NCBI GenBank assembly: GCA_039793645.1 | Contig: JBAMLI010000078.1 | Span: 2,485-26,484, forward strand | Length of the DNA stretch: 24,000 nucleotides | Source of the DNA: an archaeon | GTDB taxonomy: Archaea; Micrarchaeota; Micrarchaeia; Micrarchaeales; CABMGC01 | Direction: 5' to 3' | Shown here: positions 1 through 6,575 of the stretch, one piece after another | Layout: each line of letters opens with the position of its first letter | Position numbering within the stretch: the first letter of the stretch is position 1 | Notes under the pieces: generated by a model | The model's database searches: none | The model's input: only the letters and a program-made list of their open reading frames with translations | What the model was told of the DNA's origin: nothing | Translations under genes and position numbers: made by a program

Positions 1-50
1 GCAAAGAAAAAACAATAGATGAAACTGTAAGTGAAACTATTATTTCAAGG

Positions 51-434
51 CTAATTTGCACTTTCATGCAATCTACCCACCACAGTAAATCCGCCACCCT
101 CATTTACCGAAAGATTTGCGTATGTGCCATCAGGGCAAAAAGGATTGTCAAGCTTCAATGCAGGATCTATATAAAAAGAGCCAAATTCAGTGACGAGATT
201 GTCACCCTCCAAACTGGAATTGCAGAGTCCTTTTGGTATATAAGCATGCACGCTGCCATTTGTATAATACCAAGCCATAACATCCAGCCTTTCTATGAGC
301 TGCCACACCTCATAAGCACCAAGCTCCTTCTTTATAATCGGGGCATAATGCATGATTGCGCCAGCAGCAAAAACAATCGAGAAGCTGGAAAGTGACAAAT
401 ATATCAGAAGCTCAAGTGAGATTTGCGCTTTCAT
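51..434 (-). CDS. Type IV pilin-like protein with class III (prepilin-type) signal peptide
   Basis: 127-aa ORF. The N-terminus MKA|QISLELLIYLSLSSFSIVFAAG has a short basic leader, Q-x-S-x-E, then a hydrophobic helix (DUF361/EppA-substrate type archaeal pilin motif). It is the last gene of a tight minus-strand operon, with an 8-nt gap to the upstream pilin. It has three N-x-S/T sequons and two Cys. Confidence 0.7.
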   Translation of the reverse strand: MKAQISLELLIYLSLSSFSIVFAAGAIMHYAPIIKKELGAYEVWQLIERLDVMAWYYTNGSVHAYIPKGLCNSSLEGDNLVTEFGSFYIDPALKLDNPFCPDGTYANLSVNEGGGFTVVGRLHESAN

Positions 435-442
435 ACTATCCT

Positions 443-676
443 CTATACACTATTTGAAGCTATCGCCGCAAGCTCATGCGAGATGGCTGAAGAGATGCTC
501 ATATTTGTCCCATTTACTATTATGCTTGTGACTATTGCGTGCTTCATCTCCACTATCATCGCAAGTGCGATTACAATAACAATGCTTGCTGCAGCAAGCA
601 TCATTATATACTCCAAAGAACCTTGCCCTTTTGCATTTCTTGCAGCACGCAAAAACACTTTTACTTCTTCTTTCAT
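443..676 (-). CDS. Small type IV pilin-like protein with class III signal peptide
   Basis: 77-aa ORF. A basic leader ends ...RNAKG|QGSLEYIMMLAAASIVIVIALAMIV (K-G then Q-x-S-x-E plus a hydrophobic helix). There is an 8-nt gap to the upstream membrane-platform gene. Confidence 0.7.
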   Translation of the reverse strand: MKEEVKVFLRAARNAKGQGSLEYIMMLAAASIVIVIALAMIVEMKHAIVTSIIVNGTNMSISSAISHELAAIASNSV

Positions 677-684
677 TTTACCAC

Positions 685-1380
685 CTACAAAATAGAAGAA
701 ACGAATGATGAAGCTCTGAAGACAAGCAGAGCAACTGAAAAAGGAAGCATTGATTCGAGCAGTGATTCAAGCAAGCTTCTATCTATATTGTAAAATATGC
801 TGTTTGCTAAGATTGCACTAAATGTATAGATTATTACCCCAGAAGCGAAAAGGTGTGTAGCTGGAGTAGTGTTCAAGATGATGCTACCCTTTTCTATTAT
901 GCCTAAGCCTACCCCTGAAAAAAATGGGAAGAACAGCGAGAGCCCTATCCATGAGAGAAGAGTCATGCCTTTTGCTCTGCCAAAAGCCTGCTCCCTGTAT
1001 CTCTTCACCTTCTCCTCCCTCTTTGCCAGCGCGAGTGGCTTTAGCGCACTTTCTCCACGAAGTAAACTAGTGATGATAAGGCATGCCAGCTTGTCCTCGA
1101 ATCCATTCGTTTCGCAGCTTCTGCCAGTCCAATAGCAGATAAAGGCCTTCTTAAAAGAGGCATAGGCATGAGACATTTTATCTATTGCAGCAAGAGTGGA
1201 TTTGCTCTTGGCACATGCACTTTCAGCAAGCTCTATTAGCTTCAAGGCGTTTGCTTCCGTTTTCATTCCAAGCCTAAGCAAGATACCTATAGCCATAAAA
1301 GCAATCGCCAATGGCATTGCTCCTAACAATATTAATACTATGCCCGCTATTCCCACTATTGCTTTAAATACCAAATGCAT
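685..1380 (-). CDS. T2SS-F/TadC-like pilus assembly membrane platform protein (second of a pair)
   Basis: 231 aa. Topology is an N-terminal TM region, a ~120-aa soluble helical segment, then 3 predicted TM helices, as in GspF/TadB/TadC/FlaJ domains. It sits between the secretion ATPase and the pilin genes and overlaps the upstream gene by 17 nt. The family call rests on topology and context, not on a recognised motif. Confidence 0.55.
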   Translation of the reverse strand: MHLVFKAIVGIAGIVLILLGAMPLAIAFMAIGILLRLGMKTEANALKLIELAESACAKSKSTLAAIDKMSHAYASFKKAFICYWTGRSCETNGFEDKLACLIITSLLRGESALKPLALAKREEKVKRYREQAFGRAKGMTLLSWIGLSLFFPFFSGVGLGIIEKGSIILNTTPATHLFASGVIIYTFSAILANSIFYNIDRSLLESLLESMLPFSVALLVFRASSFVSSIL

Positions 1381-1963
1381 TTATCAGGCGCCTCTGTGAG
1401 AGTGCGATGCACGCCGAATAGATGGTAGGTAGAGCCACAATAAGCATAAGAAATACCAAGACCGCATGCCATGAAGCTGAGAGAATTGACAAGCCTATAA
1501 AGCCTAAAATAATGAAGGATGGAGCTATGGTAGATATAAACATTGCAATGGTTGCATCCCTTTGAAGAGCAGGCTCTAGCTTCTCTACCTTGATCCTAAG
1601 TTCATCTTCATACTCATTTATGAGCGAATCGAGCTCCCTGTAGCTGATCTCAAAACCTTTATTTACGCCAAAAACGTTGCCAATCTCATCAGCCAAGCCA
1701 CCTTCTATAAGCTCCTTGGCCAGATACCTTTTCAAACTCTGCCTAAGCGCTTTGTTTTTTGAGGATTCTGCGACTTCCTCTAAGCTTTTAAGCAAAGGCT
1801 TGCTACCAGCATTCCCAAGCGCCAAGTAGAAAGCCTCTATCAAATTCCTTCTGAGGCTGGCATGCTTGTAGATGTTCCTAAGCCTCATGTAGATTGCTGC
1901 AATCAATAGGATAGAAGCGCCACCCTCTAGCATAATTGCAATATTATCCAATCCCAACACCAT
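1364..1963 (-). CDS. T2SS-F/TadB-like pilus assembly membrane platform protein (first of a pair)
   Basis: 199 aa with one N-terminal TM, a soluble helical segment and a C-terminal TM pair (ATIAMFISTIAPSFIILGFIGLSIL...VLVFLMLIVALPTIY). Its start overlaps the ATPase stop by 20 nt. Confidence 0.55.
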   Translation of the reverse strand: MVLGLDNIAIMLEGGASILLIAAIYMRLRNIYKHASLRRNLIEAFYLALGNAGSKPLLKSLEEVAESSKNKALRQSLKRYLAKELIEGGLADEIGNVFGVNKGFEISYRELDSLINEYEDELRIKVEKLEPALQRDATIAMFISTIAPSFIILGFIGLSILSASWHAVLVFLMLIVALPTIYSACIALSQRRLINAFGI

Positions 1964-3476
1964 AAAGGCTTATTTTGTCGCGTGCCTCTTCTGGGCCCAT
2001 CTCTCTCATCTTTTCAAGGAAATTGGCCCTTTTCTTCAGCTCTTCCAATGCCCTTTTTGTGCTTAATCCCCTCTCCGAAGAGAATCTCTCAATGATCTTG
2101 GAGGATTTAAGCTTTTCTTGGCATATCGCCCCGTTTTTAGCGACTTCTTCTATCACTACCCTTTCAGTGCCCCCTAAATCTACCCCCTCTTCGCCATCGA
2201 CCTCTCCTCTGCTAAGCCACCTATACTCATAGAGTGTGTCTACAACTCTTTTGTTCAGCCCAACCTGTTTCATGTAGATTGCAAGGTCAAGCATTGCTAA
2301 GGCCCCAACCTCTACCCCCATAGGCTCTACCAAAAGTTTGTGCAGTATGGCAAGACCATTTTCATTGCTGTGCATTGTAGTCATAAATGGAATTCCTAGA
2401 TTAGACCCTGCAAATATCTCCCTCGCTTCTTTACCCCTAATTTCACCAACTATAATCCTATCAGGCCTCATCCTAAGTGCATTTATCACCTGCTGCTGGG
2501 GCGTGACTCCTTTCTTTGAGCTGTATATCTCTACTGCATTTCCAATTGCAAAGGGTTCAAGCTCATTGGCTTCTTCCTCTATCATTACTATTTTATTGTA
2601 CTTTGGAATGAGTGATGTAAGCGAAGCAAGAAGGGTTGTCTTGCCACTGGCAGGGGCGCCTGAGATTAAGATATTGAGCTTCGAGTCCATCGCAAGCCAT
2701 ATGTAAGCAAGAAGCTCAGCCGTAGCTGTGCCGTTTGAGATGAGCGTGCCTAGATTGAGCTCCTTTTCGCCCCCTATCCTTATAGAAGCGAATCCTCCAG
2801 AATGTGCATAAGGCTTTGTTTGTGCATGTATCCTAATATTTCCAACCTCCGCATCTACTATTGGGTTGCTGCTGCTCAATTCATTCTCAGCAAGGTAGAG
2901 GAGCTTGTTTATGCTCCTCCTAAATTCACCTTCGTTTGTGTAAGAGAGGTTTGTTCTGCACCTTCCATATTTTACAGTATAGACATTGATTGGCGCTGTC
3001 GGGGAGTTTATCTCAATCTCTTCAATATTCTTGCTATCTTTTAGCAGCAGGCCTAAGGCTCCAAAACCAACAGTATCCTCTGCAGCGATATATGAAAGGT
3101 AAAAAGCCCTTTCTTCAGGAAGAAATCGCCTCAAATATTCCAATGCAACTGACCTTGCCTTTTCAAATGAGCCTGCACCGAAGATTGAGCTTATTTCCAT
3201 TTCTCCAGCTTCACTCAGAAAGAGGGCTGAGATTTCAGCCTTCGCCCTGCCCACAAGTGCCATTTCCTGCTTTGAAAGCTCCTTTTGATTGCTGCCAACA
3301 TTATAATTATACAAGCCATTTTGCCTTGTTATGCTTCTTTGTATGGGCGATTCTATTATTTCTCTAGTCTCGCCCGCAGCCATGCAATCTATTCTGAAGC
3401 CCAATGGGATTTCCTTCTGCTGCATATCATCTTTTCTTCGCCGCATAAAGGAAAGCAGAGACATACCTTGCACCAT
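1944..3476 (-). CDS. Type II/IV secretion-family ATPase (archaeal FlaI/PilB/TadA-like pilus assembly ATPase)
   Basis: 510 aa. Walker A is ILISGAPASGKTTLL. The Asp box/Walker B region is KIVMIEEEANEL. RPDRIIVGEIRGKEA and the His box TTMHSN follow. The N-terminal domain carries the typical ...IEEIEINSP...V...CRTN pattern. It is the first gene of the pilus operon. Confidence 0.9.
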   Translation of the reverse strand: MVQGMSLLSFMRRRKDDMQQKEIPLGFRIDCMAAGETREIIESPIQRSITRQNGLYNYNVGSNQKELSKQEMALVGRAKAEISALFLSEAGEMEISSIFGAGSFEKARSVALEYLRRFLPEERAFYLSYIAAEDTVGFGALGLLLKDSKNIEEIEINSPTAPINVYTVKYGRCRTNLSYTNEGEFRRSINKLLYLAENELSSSNPIVDAEVGNIRIHAQTKPYAHSGGFASIRIGGEKELNLGTLISNGTATAELLAYIWLAMDSKLNILISGAPASGKTTLLASLTSLIPKYNKIVMIEEEANELEPFAIGNAVEIYSSKKGVTPQQQVINALRMRPDRIIVGEIRGKEAREIFAGSNLGIPFMTTMHSNENGLAILHKLLVEPMGVEVGALAMLDLAIYMKQVGLNKRVVDTLYEYRWLSRGEVDGEEGVDLGGTERVVIEEVAKNGAICQEKLKSSKIIERFSSERGLSTKRALEELKKRANFLEKMREMGPEEARDKISLYGVGIG

Positions 3477-3635
3477 TTTCTTATATAAAACTATACAAAT
3501 ATTTACTTAAATAAACATAATTATATTATGCTATATCAGATTTAAATACTTTTCGCTGTCGTTTGCAAAAAAGGAGCAATGGTTTTTGGTATACATTTAT
3601 AAAGTTTATTAGCAAAATATTTAATAAAATACCTT

Positions 3636-3653
3636 TTGCTTAAGTTGCTTAAG
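3636..3653. repeat. Perfect 9-bp tandem repeat (TTGCTTAAG x2) at the start of the wHTH gene
   Basis: Read directly: 3636-3644 equals 3645-3653. Each unit contains the palindrome CTTAAG. The 13-mer CTTAAGTTGCTTA recurs at 3725-3737 inside the gene. Confidence 0.9.
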
Positions 3654-3985
3654 TGATACTTATGAAGGAAAAAGACGAGATATGGCTTATAAGGAAATTG
3701 CTCAGCAGACCGAACTATGCTGTTCTTAAGTTGCTTATGGAGAAATCCCCAAGAACAACTAAAGAAATCTATGCGGTTCTAGGGAAGAAGTTTACAAGAA
3801 AGACGCTTATCATCACTTTAAGGGGGTTGTCAATGGATTTGAATGTCATTCAGCCAACCCACATAAGGACTGAGCATGGATATGGGCTCGGCTACAACAT
3901 AAATCCAAAGCTCAAAGAGATAATAAAGAGCATCGACAAGTTTGAAAAGATGGTCGAGTCATTTACAAGCGTTAAAAATGCCTGA
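3653..3985 (+). CDS. Small winged-helix (ArsR/MarR-like) DNA-binding protein, divergent from the pilus operon
   Basis: 110 aa. PNYAVLKLLMEKSPRTTKEIYAVLGKKFTRKTLIITLRGL has a helix-turn-helix plus wing pattern. The GTG at 3653 lies 23 nt after the TATA-like TTTAATAAAA (3620-3629). An alternative ATG is at 3662. Confidence 0.5.
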   Translation: MILMKEKDEIWLIRKLLSRPNYAVLKLLMEKSPRTTKEIYAVLGKKFTRKTLIITLRGLSMDLNVIQPTHIRTEHGYGLGYNINPKLKEIIKSIDKFEKMVESFTSVKNA

Positions 3986-4035
3986 GGTTTATTTGCTTAT
4001 TTATTTATAAACATATCATACCAAATTTTTTGTGT

Positions 4036-4752
4036 ATGCCTATGATAGTTAAGAAGCCATATTATTTGGATGAGGTAATTGCCGAGACGCCAGATGTCAA
4101 GATATTTCGCTTCAAGAGTACAGATGGGAGCAGCCTTGATTTCGAGCCCGGCATGTTTATAATGCTTTACTACAAAGCTAATACCCCAGATGAGATAGGA
4201 AGGGCTTATTCTATAGCTTCAGCTCCAGGCAGCGAAATCATTGAGCTTTTTATAAGCATGGTCCATGGCAGGCTCACCTCTAAGCTTGAAGAAGCAAAGG
4301 TTGGGGACATTTACCATATTTCAGGTCCATATGGCCAATTCAAATTCAATCCAAGTGCAAACAAGAAGGTCTTGTTTATAGCTGGAGGCACAGGCATAGC
4401 CCCTTTCATGTCAATGCTTAGGTTTATAAAAAGCAGAGGGCTTCAGATTGATGTCTCTCTTCTGTATAGCGTAAGATATCCCTATGAGATAATAAGGCGC
4501 TCAGAGCTGGAGGAGCTGGAGAAGAGCATAGGTGCAAAGATTGTGGTTACAGTCACAAGGCCACAGCCTGGTGACAACTGGAATGGAGAAACAGGCCACA
4601 TTAATGAAGATATGGTGAGAAGGAGGGTGCCTGATTTTATGGAAAGAGATCCATATATATGCGGCCCGCCAGCATTCTCAAATGCAATGAAGCAGGTGCT
4701 AAAAAACAGTGGCATAGAAGAGTCAAAAATAAGGGCTGAAATGTGGGGCTAA
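4036..4752 (+). CDS. Ferredoxin-NADP reductase-family FAD/NAD(P)-binding oxidoreductase (PyrK/COG0543-like, no Fe-S domain)
   Basis: RAYSIAS (R-x-Y-S FAD motif), GGTGIAPFMSML (NAD(P)H motif) and YICGPPAF..M (CGP motif). I prefer the ATG at 4036 over the track's TTG at 4030 because TTTATAAA (4004-4011) ends 24 nt upstream of 4036. Confidence 0.75.
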   Translation: MPMIVKKPYYLDEVIAETPDVKIFRFKSTDGSSLDFEPGMFIMLYYKANTPDEIGRAYSIASAPGSEIIELFISMVHGRLTSKLEEAKVGDIYHISGPYGQFKFNPSANKKVLFIAGGTGIAPFMSMLRFIKSRGLQIDVSLLYSVRYPYEIIRRSELEELEKSIGAKIVVTVTRPQPGDNWNGETGHINEDMVRRRVPDFMERDPYICGPPAFSNAMKQVLKNSGIEESKIRAEMWG

Positions 4753-5651
4753 ATGCTCCTCTCTGAGAGGTAAAGCAATATTGCCTCTTCTACAAGAAGC
4801 TTATTCTTTGCCTGCTGCCATACAACGCTCTGCGGGCCGTCAAGCACCTCGCTTGTTATCTCTTCGTCGCGGTGTGCAGGCAGGCAGTGCATCACTATGG
4901 CGTTCTTTTTGGCATAGCCAAGGAGAGTTGAATTTACTTGGTATGGTGCAAAAAGCTTCTTCCTCTGCTCCGCCTCTTCCTCCTGCCCCATGCTTACAAA
5001 TGTGTCAGTATAAATTATATCCGCATCTGCCACCCCTTCCTTAATATCATTGTAAACGCTTACCTTGCTGTACTCCCTTGCCTTTGTAAAATAGAATGTA
5101 TTTGGCATGTAATTCTTAGGCCCTACAAGCGCTATTTCCATACCCATCTTGGCCCCGGCAAGCATAAGAGAATTGGCCGTATTGGCTGCTATATCTCCAA
5201 CAAACGCAAGCTTTAGGCCCCTAAGCTTCTTTTTTATCTCTTGGATAGTATAGAGGTCGCTTAGGGCTTGGCATGGATGTTCTACATCAGTAAGTGCATT
5301 GATTACTGGCACTGTGGCATTGTTTGCAAGCTCTACAATGTCATCATGCTTGTAGAGCCTTGCTATTATAAAATCAACATAGCCGCTCAGCACTTTGGCG
5401 GTATCTGATATGCTCTCTCCGCGCGAGAGCTGGGAAGTCCTTGCATCTATATATATTGAATAGCCGCCAAGCTTAGCCATCGCAACTTCAAAAGAAACTC
5501 TCGTCCTTGTAGAAGGCTTCTCAAATATAAGGGCTGCAACAGCGTTTTCTTTTAAGGCTATCTCGCTCTTGTTCTGCTTTAGATCATCAGCGATCTCAAA
5601 TATCTCCAAAATGTCCTCTTTTGAGAGGTCACCAACACTTATCAGGTTCAT
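4749..5651 (-). CDS. argF: Ornithine carbamoyltransferase
   Basis: STRTRVSFE (carbamoyl-phosphate site), HPCQALSDL, DTFVSMG and HCLPAHR. HCLP is diagnostic for OTCase, whereas ATCase has HPLPR. I moved the start to M18 (MNLISVGDLSKEDILEIF...), which matches canonical OTC N-termini and removes the overlap with the upstream ORF. The track start is 5702. Confidence 0.9.
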   Translation of the reverse strand: MNLISVGDLSKEDILEIFEIADDLKQNKSEIALKENAVAALIFEKPSTRTRVSFEVAMAKLGGYSIYIDARTSQLSRGESISDTAKVLSGYVDFIIARLYKHDDIVELANNATVPVINALTDVEHPCQALSDLYTIQEIKKKLRGLKLAFVGDIAANTANSLMLAGAKMGMEIALVGPKNYMPNTFYFTKAREYSKVSVYNDIKEGVADADIIYTDTFVSMGQEEEAEQRKKLFAPYQVNSTLLGYAKKNAIVMHCLPAHRDEEITSEVLDGPQSVVWQQAKNKLLVEEAILLYLSERSI

Positions 5652-5655
5652 GGGA

Positions 5656-6027
5656 TCAACCGAATATGGAACCAAACCCCTCATCAGCCTTCCTTCTTTC
5701 ATCCTCTACAAGCATTATTACTTTGGACTCTATGTCAGGCTCTGCCCTCTTAAGGCCTTCTATATTCTTGAGCTTTTTTTCAGCTTTGTCTAGAAATGAA
5801 TCCTGCGCATTTAGGAAGAGGTAGCACTTGGAAGGGTCGAGGCTTATGGAAGCCCCCTCCTTTATCACATAATCCTGCCTTGCAAATATTATATTAGCCA
5901 TTTCATCTTCCCTGATTTTTTTGAGATCCTCTTCCTTTATCTTAGGGTCAAGATATGGATCATATTCAAGCATCTTCTTAAGCTCGCCCTCTTTTTCTAC
6001 AGGGCATACATAAACTCTTGCAGACAT
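5656..6027 (-). CDS. Hypothetical 123-aa protein with a ribosomal-stalk (aP1/P1-P2)-like C-terminal tail
   Basis: The ORF is tightly nested, starting 1 nt after the rps8e stop and ending 4 nt before the argF start. The C-terminus ...EDERRKADEGFGSIFG-COOH is an acidic stretch plus G-F-G-x-[IL]-F-G at the extreme end. I do not recognise the family of the body. Confidence 0.6.
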   Translation of the reverse strand: MSARVYVCPVEKEGELKKMLEYDPYLDPKIKEEDLKKIREDEMANIIFARQDYVIKEGASISLDPSKCYLFLNAQDSFLDKAEKKLKNIEGLKRAEPDIESKVIMLVEDERRKADEGFGSIFG

Positions 6028-6028
6028 T

Positions 6029-6424
6029 TTACTTCACCAATTTTGCATTTACGAATCCTTCTTTGCCAGGCCTGTTTGTTACGACAGCTCTCCCAAGTTC
6101 CGTCTCTATTATAGTGCCTTTCGTTATTATATTAAGCCTAGCAAAGTTCCTATTGTCTTTCGACTCCACAACTCCTTTTATCTTCACCTTTTTGTAAGTA
6201 CCATCAACAAGGAGGTTCGCATAGCCTGCATTCTTCAGCTTGTCCTTTTTTCTGCCTCCCCTCATCCTCACTTTTTTAATAACATTCTCTTCGCCAAGCC
6301 TAGTAGCGGCAAAATAGCCTCCTATCTCATGCCTCTTTTTGTCCCTGCTCTTTATCTTGAGTTTGCCATTCCCTGCAAGCTTTCTTTTTGAAGCTCCATG
6401 GTACTGTATTCCAAATTGGCTCAT
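6029..6424 (-). CDS. rps8e: 30S ribosomal protein eS8 (S8e)
   Basis: 131 aa. MSQFGIQYHGASKRKLAGNGK...KKRHEIGG...ARLNIITKG..IETELG.AVVTNRPG..G.VNA.L is the typical S8e pattern. Confidence 0.9.
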   Translation of the reverse strand: MSQFGIQYHGASKRKLAGNGKLKIKSRDKKRHEIGGYFAATRLGEENVIKKVRMRGGRKKDKLKNAGYANLLVDGTYKKVKIKGVVESKDNRNFARLNIITKGTIIETELGRAVVTNRPGKEGFVNAKLVK

Positions 6425-6575
6425 AAAATCACAGAATTTGCAGTATTATATTGCATCTGAATTTTTAAATACTTATTTGTTGTCTTTGCCTTCATTTCTG
6501 CAGGAGCTCAGAGCTTGAGCCCAGGTTACTATCTAAAAAGATAATGATATAAATCTAAAATGAGCAGAATAATCG

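Noticed and set aside
423-793. Plus-strand ORFs (90 aa and 84 aa) overlapping the small pilin gene
   Set aside because: They are antisense to an operon gene that has a clear class III signal peptide. Their hydrophobic character simply mirrors the pilin TM helix.
5652-5702. N-terminal extension of argF (MKEGRLMRGLVPYSVDP...) given in the ORF track
   Set aside because: The extension would overlap the upstream ORF's C-terminal tail by 47 nt. Canonical OTCases start at the equivalent of M18 (MNLISVGDLSKEDI...). I kept it as an alternative only.
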